A stretch of DNA of 64,000 nucleotides from Ruditapes philippinarum (GCF_026571515.1 NW_026863604.1:62001-126000), one strand, 5' to 3'. Positions 25,401-39,490 are shown, counted from the first letter of the stretch. The notes: a model not told the origin generated them from the letters alone. Program-made: numbers and translations.

Positions 25401-28179
25401 GTTGTAATGTTGACAGCAAATTCAAATATTTATTATATCTATACATGTGTGAAATATATAATTAATTTTATAACTTTTGAAAAAGATATGAAGCAAAATT
25501 ATTTTGTGAAAAAGAAAAAAAAAGGAAAAAGTCTCTGTTTTTGGTTCAGTGACACGCCAGTAAAAATCTACTATATCATTTATTAACAGGACGTTTGTTA
25601 AAGTTAATTTATTACAAAATTATTCATGTAACCTAATTTACGTGATATTTATGAATGAACCACTTGACATGCCGGTAATATGTAAATTCTTCTGCATAAG
25701 TTAAGAATATAAATCATGCCCGACATTTGAAAATTGTAGAACAAAATCATTTTCGATTTCGGACGTCTTTTTAATAGTTATCATTATAAATAATAAAATC
25801 GTGCAATATAGTTTTAAACTACATGTATTCCATATTAAACATATATATAATATAAATGCTCTGTTCCAGTAGGTCTTTTTTCATAATGTTTTTTTTTTTG
25901 TTTAGTTTCAACATATTCTCAGAGATATATATATTTCAATTTACAAAAGGCACAACGCATTTCAAATATTCTTTTAAAAACATGATTAGAATGAAAACAC
26001 GATATACATCTACAGACAGAAGACCACTCCCAAACAAATGAATAAACGCCGTACGCCGTTTTCCTTTTTTTACCAGCCAGTTAATTACAAATCCAGTTGT
26101 GAATGATCTTAATACCATCGCACTATGCATGTCGCTCTCCTATCATTGCAACACTACAAAAGATGCCGATTCAGAAGGGATGGTTGTTTAGCCCCCAAAT
26201 GTTTTACGGTCACAAAATGTAAGTTTTACAACATTTCAAACTGTCATATTTATAAGAAGCCTAGTTATTATTATTCTATTAGTAATATGCTTGGAAATTA
26301 ACAAAAAACTGTCATTTAATGCAATTCTATCTGTTATATATTAAAAAAGATGTAAGATAATTTACATGTACTAGAATGAAGATATATCATTTCATTAGAT
26401 CATGACAGTTTAAATATTTCTTAAAACATTATCATTTGTCACCTACTTTTGAATAATGAATTGCAAAATATTTTATATAGGGCCATGAATTTTAGATTGT
26501 ACAATGTAACAATGAATGCATTCACTGCGAAATGTGAAATGATGAATTTTGTACGTTTGCTATGACGCCGGAATATTTGACCAACTAACAATAATATAAA
26601 TAATGTTAATTATAATATAATAATTGGCAAATCAATTTATCCGAAGATGCTTGAACACTTCAAACCATTCTCCAATGTTAATTAATTAAAAAAAATCAAA
26701 GTCAAATATTAAACTTTTAAATTCATTAGCATTAAACAACAGTTCCAAGCTTTTTTTATCGTTTGTGAATATCATTCATACTTTGATCTGTTTTAATTTC
26801 TTTTTTAAATGATTTCGATTAATTCAAAATATTATTGTTTGCTTTGTTTTACTAATACTAGTAATACCCAGTGAAGAAGGGTCACAAAGTGCTTTCATGA
26901 ATTTGTTAAAGGTGGTTTAACTAATGATATGATCTTCAGATTTAGAATAACGCGCGCGTTCATTGCTCTTTTTCGTCCAATGAGGAGGCCTAAATTTGAT
27001 TTTTTTTCTGATTTCGTATAAATTCTCTCCAATAGAATTTATTTTAAGTTTTGAAACATGTGTTTAAGCGTGCGAGCGCCTAAGTAGATAAACAGCTAAG
27101 TTAATTACTTTAAGTCTAAAATAGCCACAGTCACTCCTACGTCGCTTCTTTTGAGTTGTTTATATTGTTTATTTTGTCATTATTATTAGCGTCTATTTAC
27201 AACGTAAACAAAATATTTCAACTATTTGCTAATGAATTCTACAGATATAGATCTATAATATGTATATTTATTCGACTTTTGTATCATGTCTACATATATA
27301 ACAGTAACAATCTTTATTTAAATCTAATCATTGCATTTGAATGAATCAATAAAACATACATACCAATTAACATTTAATGCAACAACACAATGGCTAAATT
27401 GTAAAAGATGAAATTGAGGATTTAAATCATCATTTAAAGAACATCACAAAACAATAGAAAGCTCATGTATCGACAGTCTAGCGGTCAAATCAAAGCACTA
27501 AATACAATGATTTCATTAATTCCGATATAAGCGGTAAACAAAAATATGCTAACAAAACCATCTTTGATTTGACTTCATATAGTATTTGTACAGTCACACG
27601 TGACCTATCTGTTAAAACAAAACACACCTTTATTTTATACATAAAGTATAAAGTGACATTCTGCTTATTTTTGTCATTGTTAAGTTGAGATGAATTGACT
27701 ATATATTTCAGAAGATTTACTGTTATAATGGAGATTGACCAACAGTTGATACTGGAAAATGTTTTGTATAAAATATAAATCTGCCTAAAATGTAAAAAGA
27801 AAGTCCCATTCTTTTTTATAAATTGACAGATAAATTCTGATGAATATAAATGTCACACAAGTTATATATCATTCATGCGAAGTAAATCATAATATTAAAA
27901 AGAATTACAGCATAATGTAAACTTATTTTGACTTTCACCTGTTCACTCACTAGATACCATAAGATGGGCATAATACCACTTTAAAGAGAATAACAATGTT
28001 TCAGGCATAAGTTCAGAGACTTGACAACAATCTACGCAATTGGGCTATTTAAATCCATCTCTCGTTCTCAAAAGCAGTCTTTCGTTCCGAATATGGCAAT
28101 CAACCTTATGGCTACATTTATAACATCCTTGCGCCTAGGTGAAGTGAATAACTACTAGTAATCGTAATAATTTGTTGGT

Positions 28180-28405
28180 GTTTCAGTGATTAAGACGACA
28201 TCCTTGCGGTCACATGGTTGCCTTTCAAGCGGGAAAACCTCACATAACCATTCGTGCAATTTTTCAGGGATGAGCGGGCACCTGAGAAAAACCTTCGGCC
28301 TTCCTTTGTCGAGCACGTGATCCAATCTAATTATATTCGAATCCACGGAAAAGAAGAAAATGTTATTTAGACTCAACAACCTTAACCACTTGGCCATGCA
28401 AGCCA
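28180..28405 (-). mobile_element. Diverged tRNA-derived SINE (second family)
   Basis: The minus strand begins tggccaagtggttaagg (A-box) and resembles the plus-strand copy at 45424-45640. Confidence 0.55.
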
Positions 28406-29274
28406 TGTAAAGTGAAACAATGTAATGTTAATACCTTGCCAAAGGAAATTAGTATAGGATATGAACCAGACTTCTCCGTCTCGGAGCTCCTACCACTGAA
28501 CCACTGCCAACTATTGCAACAAATAAGAATGACTTTTTCAGTAATCATCCGAACACTGTAGAAGACCATCCCTTGTGGTCAAATTATCTTTTGTCCTCAA
28601 AGATAATATAACTATCTGCGAAAAACCAATCCTATGTTTTTAGCAATTTGTATAATAATAATAAGTTGTAAACAATAAATTTAGTACGCGGAAGTAGTTA
28701 GAACGTAGCTTAATTCCGATTCGTCCAGGTCAGAGCACGATCGCCGTTATATTTAAATATGAAACGATTCAACCGAAATAATAATTCAACCGAAAATTAA
28801 TGTTAAGTGCAGTACCTTTAAAATAGCACGCTGTATAGATGATAAAATACATATTCATGCTATTTACCGACTAACATTCTCTTTACCACACTCGTTTCAT
28901 ACAGATAGACGTGCATGCTACTTCTACTTTGAGTAAGTTGGGTGTTTTTATTATTTTTTTTCATAAAAGTATTCTTGTGATTTTTTTTATTCATTTATAT
29001 TTTCCCCACAACAAGTGATGAATTTACAGCTTTATTTTATTTTATACTATAACATTTATCTTATATTATAAAGCTTAACAATTGATAATTGATTGTGGAT
29101 GGTTAATAATAACAATGATATTTTGTTTGAAATTATGCAATATATTGTGCTCTTATGTTTCTTTTTTTTCTTTTTTCATTCACCGATTTTAAAAACGATT
29201 CCGGTAAATGTTATTCTTATATTTCATACATTCATTGCAGGTATACATCTGCGTTGAATACAACCTAGAATAAA

Positions 29275-29475
29275 ATGGATTTTACACAATTATTTCGTGA
29301 AATTTGGAGAACGTTATTTCTAGTAATAATATCTTTTTCCTTCGCACTTTGCTTATGTACAAGTATTGGTTGGGTTGGATGCGTGGATCATGGTTGCAGT
29401 GACATGGAAGGTGGGAAATGTGAAAACTATGGGACAAGACCTCGTAACCTTTGTGTGTGTGTTATACAGTCTTGA
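29275..29475 (+). CDS. Secreted cysteine-rich peptide precursor 2 (66 aa)
   Basis: Same length and cysteine spacing as 22273..22473, with 26/40 identity in the mature region (GWVGCVDxGCS, GxC, RPRNxCVC). Acceptor TTGCAG at 29240; candidate upstream donor GTAAGT at 28933. Confidence 0.85.
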   Translation: MDFTQLFREIWRTLFLVIISFSFALCLCTSIGWVGCVDHGCSDMEGGKCENYGTRPRNLCVCVIQS

Positions 29476-30859
29476 TGCGAGTGGAAAATAGGATTTATTT
29501 TTCATTTAATTTATTTCATTTTTTGTGCCAATTGTTTCCGAGGTAAAAGACCAAAAACCGGCAATGTTCTGTTTTAATGGAATATTTTCAAAAGTGTATT
29601 TGGGCCTTGAAGATCAACACAGCGATGATGCAACAAAATTGAGTTCAAAACTGTTTCAGACACAAAATTCAAACAACAAAAAACAAACATTAGAATAAGA
29701 TTTTTACGCAAAACCTAATAAATGACCAAATGTTCACAATGTGGATTATTTATCTAGTAGACTTATGCTTCCACGCTTGGTAAAAAGAGAGTATGTGTGT
29801 GTTTTCTTCAAGTTTTGAGCATTCGAGACATATTGTTATGATAATTGTTAATATGCTTAAACGTTTTGATGAAGATAAAATGCGGAATCATGTGATTATG
29901 TGAAAATTTTGACAATGTATTGCTATTTCGGATATGTCAATTAATAATAATACATGTTTTACGGGTATTTATTCTCACGCTTATTTAAAAGTGCATAAAT
30001 CTGTTAAGAAGAATGAATGCCTGAGTGAATGAATACGGAATACGTGCTATTTTTTATTATTCGAGACTGTTGTTAAAATAGGTCAGGTCACTGGGTTACT
30101 TGCAATAAACGTCTTTGAATATTTTAAATTCATGCTTTTGTTCAGTTTAAACATTAATTATCATGTAGCTTTCAGTATTTCATCAATCATTGTTATAAAA
30201 TGAAACACGATACTTATCATGAACGGAATTAAAAAACTTTTTTGTGAAAAAAAAAATGTTGTCATTATTTTTATTGTGACGATCCTACGTAAATCTTTGC
30301 AATATTGTATGTATGAATGACTTATGACTTCGGAAATTCATCCCATGCAATTTAAATTCAAAAGAATGTAAAGCAACTGTAACTAGTCTTTTAACAGTTA
30401 CGGTATTTTGAAAGAGTCAATGCCTCTTTTAACTGACATGTACATGAATACCTTTTCTTGTTTTTTTAAATTGTTTTCCCAAGGGATAGGCACGCACTAA
30501 ATATCGGTCAAATTCATATTGCAAAGCGAGGTCGTTAAGTGTAACACATTTTAGATGGTATGATTTGTAGTGGAAATGTTTAGCGCGCACGTGGCCTGGT
30601 AGTAAAAAGTTTAAAATGTCAAAGTTCAAGTTTATCATCCTATCCATATATAATGTATAAATGTCCATGCACAACTGTGTCCAAATTATTGATAAAGTGG
30701 GCTACTTTTCAAGTATCGTCGCTCTGTGTTCCCTATCTTCATTATATGATATATTATTAAGTAAGGTCTTTAATACAAAATGTCTTTAACGTGACAAAAC
30801 ATTTGTTACTTTTTAATACGTCCAGCGGTATAAACGTTTTTGTGTTTTGTTGTTTTGTT

Positions 30860-31010
30860 CATATTAGTTACTTATTTAGTTACTTACTTATTTACTTACG
30901 TACTTGCTCTGGTCCGCTTACTCGCTCGCTCGCTCAATCAAGCAAGCAATCAAGCAACCACCCACCCACCAGTCAATCAATCAATGAATCAATCAATCAA
31001 TCGAACATTA
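30860..31010. repeat. Compound microsatellite (TTAC/CTCG/AAGC/CCAC/ATCA)
   Basis: Directly visible. Confidence 0.8.
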
Positions 31011-33879
31011 ATTTATTCACTCGCTTTATCTCTTACTCACTACGCATTCAGGCGGACACACGTAAACCATCAAACTGCGTGACGTCATTCTTCGAATAGA
31101 TGAAGATTTATTTATCTGATAAATGAAAAACGAAAACAGCATTTCTGAAAAAATAAACAGCATATCTGAAAAGTAAAATATAGTTTTCTATCTCAGTATA
31201 CTAGTTTGATAGTTGAATGTGTAAACAAGAAAAAGTGAGAAAATATCTTCATGAATAACAAATGTAATTGAGATGAAATAGGTATCTTGCTGGCTTGGTT
31301 TAATGGAAGAAACAAAGGGTTTGTTTCTTGCTGAGTTCCTTGTTTATTAGAATTCAATTAAAATTCTACATACATCTATATCAATGATCAAAACGAGATA
31401 TATAAGAAAAAGTTGCGAGTTGCATGAAAACATACACACTTTGATGTAAGATGATGTAAGAACAATTACTAATGATAAAATTGGAACAGCATTAGGATAC
31501 CAAGTCAGGATATAAAATTGTTTTTAGTTTGATAAACTGATGTAAATTTCTAACGCTACATCATCAAAACATGAATTGAATTTCACAATCTACATGCCAC
31601 AGTCAACAACATATAAAAATGTGCACGTACACATTTCTATAAAAATAAATATCGTTTATTTTAAGTTCACATGATTCTAAATTGGATTGCATCACTTAAG
31701 CATCAGGATAAAAAGTATTTCATAATCCCTTCAGGCGTAAAATATCGCAAGTCATTCAAAATGTCAAGTTAAGTTCAAGATGACAAAACACCTGTAAAGT
31801 TTGGCAAGTATTCACTATTTATAAAATATTATCGTGTGTTGGTGGGGAGCAAAATGCTAAGTTTTCAGAAGTAGCTACAGGTGCTGTTATTTGTCACATT
31901 ATTTTTTTTTAAAATACACAGTGTGTTTACATTGATAAGACTGTTGCTTTCTTGAAAGGGCAAGTTACTGATGCTGAAGTATACCGTTTGATAATTCAAG
32001 TAGACATTCAACGCTGATTCTAATATCAAATAATTGAATTTTATTGTTATTGTTCCAATAAATTCAACTTCAACAACATTTAACCACTATTCTTTACTCA
32101 AATAATGTCATATGTGTGTGTCAATGACTTAAATAGTTTAAACAGGAACTTCAGCATCTAATCATGGGGGGTGCTTTTAAACCTGGGCATTCTTATGTTC
32201 AGTTGCATTCATTGTACCTTATCATTACCACTGCTTAAGATTTTTATTCTGCGATAGAAAAAACACTTTGACGGGTTTTCCTAGATGGTCTGAATAGCTT
32301 AATTGGCCTGGCGACCTTAATCACTAGGCACAAAGTCAATACTCTCACCAACTATCTACGCACAATGAACTGTTTTCATAGTAGTTTCCTGGTTCCATAA
32401 AAAAACGCCGATAATCTCTTTTTTGTGTATCCGTATTCTTTTTGGTAGTTGAAAGTTGAACCAGAATCCTAGATAAAAACTAATTCCGTATCCTAATACC
32501 GTATGTCTGCAATGTACCTAGATTAAAGAGCTCTCAAGCTAGTCAGTACCATTTTTGTTTGTTTTTGTTATCTTTAATGGCAACAAGGTAGAAAATGTAT
32601 GACAATATGATAATGGATTGGGTATGCTGTTTTTGTTGTTGTTGTTGTTTTTTAGGGGGGGGGGGGGTGCAGAAGATACACTCTGTTGGATGTTGAATGG
32701 TTGATGCGTCGCTATTAAAGGAACGGTGAAACTATATAAGCATAGATAAAGCCTCACTCTGCTGGAGACTCAACAGTTGCTATTCTGCTTATCGACAGTG
32801 TTGATAAGGTTATTTAGTGTTTCTTCCGATTTATAATTGTTTACGGTTGGGCACCTCTCTATTATTTAATAGGTAGAAATGCATTAATCATACATATGTA
32901 ATTATATGAGTAGGAGGAATAAGAGGTGTGTGTCAACGAAAAACGAACAAAATATAAACCTGTTCCATATGGAATGTAAGACGTTTCATCTGAAGACTGT
33001 TTCACACTTAAGACATTTTAATCTTAAATATTAAAGATTTTGTGGTTGAGATGTCCGACAAACAGAGAGTTAAACAAATATACTTGACCTTATTTTTATA
33101 TATGTTTTGTTATTGCATTCTATATTTTGAAAGGTGAAGGATAATTTAACGATTTTGATAACATACATGGTATCTGACAAAGAAATATTCAAGTGTTGTC
33201 AAATCTAGAAGATAATATTTACATTATAATAAATTCCAGCGCAAAAAAACCTGATCTGATAAATTTATAAATTTCATACGGCCAATAATTGTATTTTAGC
33301 TTTCATAGAAACATAACAGAAAAGTGTTCACACTTCAATATCAATAAATTATCCTGTCAAAGACAGATTCTAAAATTAACCTTTTACATTAAAATTATAG
33401 TATTTTATATAAAAATGTTTTACTAAGATAGATAGAAAGTAGGCTACAACTTGTATTTTTTTTGTAAACCGTGTTGAGAGTAAAACTTGTTGATGACAAA
33501 CTAGTGTGTGAAATATTTTAAATTATCGCACAAGATTTAATTCTGTTGATATGTTGATAAATATAATTTACCGGAAAGCTAAACATATTTTTTACGTTAT
33601 TGCTTGGTAGGTTATTGTTATTTTTCGCTTTGGTGAGTCATTTCACACGGTAAAGGTACGGTACAAAAAAGATTTAATCCATATTTACATCCGGGCATCT
33701 GAAATGAAAGTCGGCCATGTTTGATGTTTGGAAACAAATTTGGACTATAATTGACAAAGTTTCGTTCGATTTTGTAGTATTTCATTGAGTGTTAGCTTAC
33801 TTAATGGTAGATGCAGATGAAAAACCAGCCGCAGATATCCCATGGATACAACACTAGTTCCTTATCTTCTTGAAAATCG

Positions 33880-36800
33880 ATGAAAATGATAAACAAAAGC
33901 AAGATTGTTTGCCAGAATACAAACATGTTGACATTTTTCAAACCTTTATCTTGTCCGCTGATATTAATACTAATTCTACTCCATGGTGAGTTTAGGCATT
34001 AACTAGAAAAATAAATAACAATAAGAATTGATTTTCCTATGTGACATTTATAATAGGTTCTATTTTTAAAGGTGTTAAAATTATGTTGTGGAGTCGAGAT
34101 AATTTGCAAGTTTAACAAGTTAATTAATAAATTAATAATTTAATTACATCAGAGGGATATGCTACTTAGCAATCAATTCTGACTAGCAGGCGCTTATTCT
34201 TTCTGTTGTCTGTAAATTATTTTGTGACAATGTATGTAAAAAGAAAATATTTGTTTTGTTGAACTTTGAATGCCATGAAGGATATTTTGTATGTAAATAC
34301 TTGGCAATCTCTTGGATTAGACCCCTATGTATTTTTTCAGGAGTAAAACTTGTATATAATACACTAAAAAAAAGACCCCGGGGTCTAATCCAGGATATAG
34401 CCCAAATAGTTATATGAAAAAGGCAAAGCCTCAAAGCAAGCACGATTAACTTTGACCGTGAAATAGTAATAAGTAATGGTTCATTTTTATTTCACATTTC
34501 CGTTTTAAAATTGTCATTTGGTATTTTTTACACTGTTTCCATTGATTCTGGTTCCCTGTCATATTATCAATTGATTATGGTTCCCATATAAGTGCGCAGG
34601 ACACCAGTCTACGCTTCTGTTTTCAATCAGAATACCTTTGCTTTTATCGTTATCTTGTAATTCGAAAAAGTTGCGATGTGTCAGTTCGGTAATTTGGATG
34701 AAAGTTTTCAAAACCATCACTATCAAGCAGGTACTCGCGTAATCGTAAAGCTCGCTTTGCGAGCAGGCCCTTTGAGCTCGCTATAAAAGTAACATACCGT
34801 TACTTGGGAACCTAATGAAAATTCTTCATTTATAATTAATTTTACTATCTAATACGCATAAATTTCTCAATAAAACTAGTACTTCTCCATATTTGAATTA
34901 TTTCTTCAGGGGGCTTATCAGCAGGGGCAAGTGCGTCTCCTCAGGATGAAACAGTCAATGTTATTGAATGTGAGCGCTTAGACAAGAATGACCCAAATTG
35001 TGCTAATGGAGGCTGTTACCAAAAGTGTGAGGGCTCACCCAAAGCTTACTGTTTTGCTTCCTGGAAAAATGGTAAGATTTGTAATTTAATATCAGTTGTT
35101 AACATTTTAGAACTAAAATGGCTAAATGTGTCTTTTTCCAATACATTGAATTGTAAATTAAAAAATTGTTTTTGACCCTAAAGGTCATTTGAAAGATATA
35201 TTTATTTTTTGTAAAACTAAAATTAAAATGAAGCTGTATTAAGAATTTAACTGCTTGTTGATTATTGTACCACTGAAATGAATGTTAACTTTGATCTTAT
35301 TCTAGGTTCTGTAAAATATGATATTAAACATCGTAGTGGACATACTGTGTCTCTTGTGTGTCTATTTACAGAGTATCTATAAGGGATACATAGTACATGA
35401 GAATTATAAAGCCGACCAAGTAGCTTTAAAATTTCTTTGTTTCTAATTTCAGGCACAGATGGCATGGTGGAATATGTAATGAAAGGTTGTTGGTCAGTGG
35501 AGGAGAATTGTGTAAACAACTCGCAATGTGTGCAGTCTCCATCAATTAAACATCTGAATTTTTGTTGCTGTTCTGACCCAAGATGTAACAACAATGTGAA
35601 AAATGTTTACTATCCACCCACGTCACCACCAACTAGCACTGGTATTTGATTACTTAATTGTCTTTTAAAGTGATGTTTTATCTAGATATAGATATCATTA
35701 ATAGCTATGAACAATGACTGTGAATTAAAGCTGTGATGCTTAATAAGTTATTAAGTATGCCTTCTTTATTTCTAATATATAATTTTCTGTATTGTTAAGG
35801 TGTATTCTGTCAGATGTAGTTTTCAAATTGTCTGTGGATTTTTTTATATGGACCTGTCCAGCTTCCATTATTATTTTTAGGGTATCAGAAAATTTCATCA
35901 GCCAACATTGTAGAGCCTGGTCAAAATGTATAGTTGTGCAGGCTGGCCTGGATCTATACTGGTGACCAAGGCTTACCATTTCTGGTTACAGCAGGATAAT
36001 GGTTTAAACAAAGTGATTTTTATTGTGACTTTCTGAAGGGGAAAATATAGCCCATTAAAAGAATAAAAACTGGTTGAAATTAAACACCCAACAACTGTGA
36101 ATGTAGCAAAGTCAACTTCCATTTTAGAGGAAAATAAAGCATGTTTTGCTTTGGGAAACAGCATGTATAAGGCATAGAAAAATCACTGATACATACCTTA
36201 ATATAGACTTAATACAGACTTTTTAATTCCTAACAATGTCTTTCAATCTCAAAAATTTTTTGGTTGTGGTTTTCAATTTATTTCTAATCATGTTTTTCAG
36301 AAGGCAACACTGCGATGAAAAAGCTGCCCAGTAGTAAACTGACAAAAACCCTCATTTATTCCATTGTTCCGTTAGTTGGAGTTGCTGCAGTTATTGTTCT
36401 AGTTTTCTGGATGTGGAAACGATTCAAACGGCAAGAGTATGAATATCATGAACAGTTACCCACAGTTGACCCAATTCATAATATGCCACCTTCGCCTCAT
36501 CCTCCTCGACCTTTGAAGCTTGTTGAGGTACGAGCCCGTGGTAGGTTTGGGTCAGTGTGGAAGGCACAGCTACATGAAGAGGTTGTAGCTGTGAAGATAT
36601 TTCCACTTCAGGACAAGCAGTCATGGTTGACTGAGCAAGACATTTATCGGTTACCTCACATGCAGAGTCATGACAACATTCTACGGTTCATTGGTACAGA
36701 GCGAAGGGGAGATAACCTGAACCTAGAGTTGTGGCTTATCACAGAGTTCCAACAAAACGGGTCATTGTGTGAATATCTGAAAGGAAACACTGTTACTTGG

Positions 36801-39490
36801 AGTGAGTTGTGTAAAATGGCAGAATCAATAGCGCGTGGTTTGTCATTTTTACACGACGAGATTGCACCAATTAGGGGCATGGAAGCTAAGCCGGCAGTGG
36901 CTCATCGAGACTTCAAGAGCAAAAATGTGCTGATCACTTCAAATCTCACCGCAGTCATTGCTGACTTTGGTCTAGCTCTCAAGTTTGAACCAGGGAAAAA
37001 CCCAGGAGAAACACATGGACTGGTAAAACATTAACTTATAAAGTTTCTTTAGTACATTAAGGATTTTTACTTAATTACATTCTGTCTCTGATAAACAGTT
37101 TTTGGAAATATTCAATGTCATTAATTGTCTGCTTATAAGCAACTTGGAACTTATAATACTTTTTAAGAATAAAACAATTGACAATGTAATAAAACTTACA
37201 TGGTTTAGTAATTAGTATGGCCCTGGTTTAGATTAAGACTTATTTAGGTCCATATACCTACCCTATTTTTTAATTGCCAACTAGAGACATTTAATACTAA
37301 TAGTAGAAAGTTAATGCATCTTTTTCTTGCACATCTGCACTAAATGTGTCATTGTGCTTGTCCAGATGTTAATTCATGAAAAAAGGTGTATTAGTGCTAT
37401 TCTTTTATAAAAGTATGTCTAAATTGGTTTCCCACATTTCATTATCTGTACTTCATATAAAGAAATGGTTAATGTTGCCTTTGACATGCCTTCCACCTGC
37501 AAGTGCAATGTCATTCGACAGTTATGTTTTGATGATAAAATTATCTGAGCCGTCATAGCATTTAGCTGTTTTACATTGCATTTAAGAAAAAAGTGCAACA
37601 AAGGTGCATGTTCACCAAAATCTATAGATGCATGTTTTTCTTCTTTGTTTATTAATACCTAAATAAGCAGTTTCATGCAAGAATATATATTCATACCTAG
37701 TAACCTACATATTTTTGGGTTGGATATCAGTAACAGGACTAATACTAGTGATTATACAATGATCAATAAAGCCTGTAGAAGTGTGTGTATATCAAATTTT
37801 GATAATGCATATAAACATAAAACAATTTTATGATTTTTAGGTTGGTACAAGGCGTTACATGGCTCCGGAAGTGCTCGAGGGCGCTATTAGTTTCAATAGA
37901 GATGCATTTTTGCGGATTGACATGTATGCTTGTGGACTTGTTCTTTGGGAAATCATGTCAAGGTGTACTGCAGCAGACGGTAGGCTCTTAAAATTAACAA
38001 ATAACAAGTAGCTGTTGTCAAAAGTTAACACATATTTATTTTAGCTTGATGCTGCAGTTGGGTGGTTAAGATTAACCAGCTATTTTAACAAATATAGACC
38101 ATCTTTACTTTAGTCAGTACCCTCAAAGGTGTTAATATTGGTTTATACTGATTAAATATATTAATGGTTGTTTATCTCATTACACTGTTAAAACTGTTCC
38201 CTAAGTCTGGTAATGACAGAAACTTATAGAATTGTTCATGATGTAATTTTGTAAATTTGAGTTAATGCTATATCTATTGTGATTATTTTTTGCTTGTACC
38301 ATTTAGGTCCAGTTGGAGATTATCAGTTACCGTTTGAGGAGGAGATAGGGCAGCATCCTACCCTAGAGGACATGCAAGAGTTAGTTGTCATCAATAAAGT
38401 ACGACCTTCAGTCAAGGATCACTGGCAAAAACATCCGGTATGTTTTCTTCTTGCCCATTGTTTTCGTTTCTTTTTGCTAATTTTAACATATTGTTGGGCC
38501 AATCAGGCTACTGATCCACCTAACCGACCTACCTGGATAAATTACCAGTAAATAACAATGTCTCCACAAGTGACCAACAACTTTTCCCACATAATTCCTG
38601 AATCAGTAGTTGAAGACAAATGACCATTAGACTGTATGTTCAATGATACGAGGTATCTTTTACAATGTTATATATCTTTTACAATGTTATATGGTATCTT
38701 TGGCAATAATAAGTATAGATATAACTTGATAGTGCTTTTTCTTGTGTTCAACAAAAACTTTAAAATGATTAAAAATAAAGAATCAGTGTATGTTATATAT
38801 CTGATTTATTATGTGTGTTACTTGCTTAGAAACACATTGACAACTTTAGTTTTAATGGAAGTTTTGTTATACCATAACTATATAAAAAATATACATATGT
38901 TGTTGGTGTGAGATACATGATCACATATTATGAGATGCATGATTCAATATAACATTTCTATATTTGGCAGATAATAAATTGTTCTTGATCAAAATTATTG
39001 TTCTAATCATATAAATGTTCATTCAAAATTACTTCGAATTATCAACATTTACTTCTCAAGAAACATTTTACATTATGAATATTTTAGTGTCATTAAAAAA
39101 CCTGGCATATTTTTTAAGAGAGGACAAACTTTTTTACTTGACTTGTTATAGGGCATGAAACTTGCCATAAATTCCTGCGATGAAATTCTTTTACTGAAAG
39201 ATGAGAGCAGTATTTCTTTAAAAGAATCTACATTGTGAAAATTGTTCATTTGTATTTGATTTCAGGGTCTTGATGCATTGTCATCAACAATTGAAGAATG
39301 TTGGGATCATGATGCAGAAGCACGTCTGTCGGCGGACTGTGTGTTAGAACGCATATGTCAACTCAGTAGGACAATGAATACCTCAAACCTTGCTACGAGT
39401 AACAGTGTTGTCAACTCACAACAACCTCTTATAATAAATACCAACCAGGGATTACCTCCTGTATCACCCATAGTTGTGCAGACTCTGTAA
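33880..39490 (+). CDS. ACVR2A: Activin receptor type II (TGF-beta family Ser/Thr kinase receptor), 542-557 aa
   Basis: Exons 33880(or 33925)..33985, 34910..35071, 35453..35641, 36301..37022, 37841..37979, 38307..38437, 39266..39490, all GT-AG and in frame. Signal peptide, ectodomain with CCC-x4-CN box, TM, kinase motifs [51 protein letters not shown]. No GS box. The symbol indicates the family; the A/B split is vertebrate-specific. Confidence 0.96.
34301..34405. repeat. Imperfect inverted repeat (MITE-like) in ACVR2 intron 1
   Basis: ttggcaatctcttggattagacccc ... ggggtctaatccaggatatagcccaa. Confidence 0.5.

Noticed and set aside
28450-28510. tRNA gene on the minus strand (TGGTTCAGTGGTAG ... 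GGTTCATATCC)
   Set aside because: A- and B-box-like motifs are present, but no cloverleaf or acceptor stem can be formed; probably a SINE or tRNA relic.
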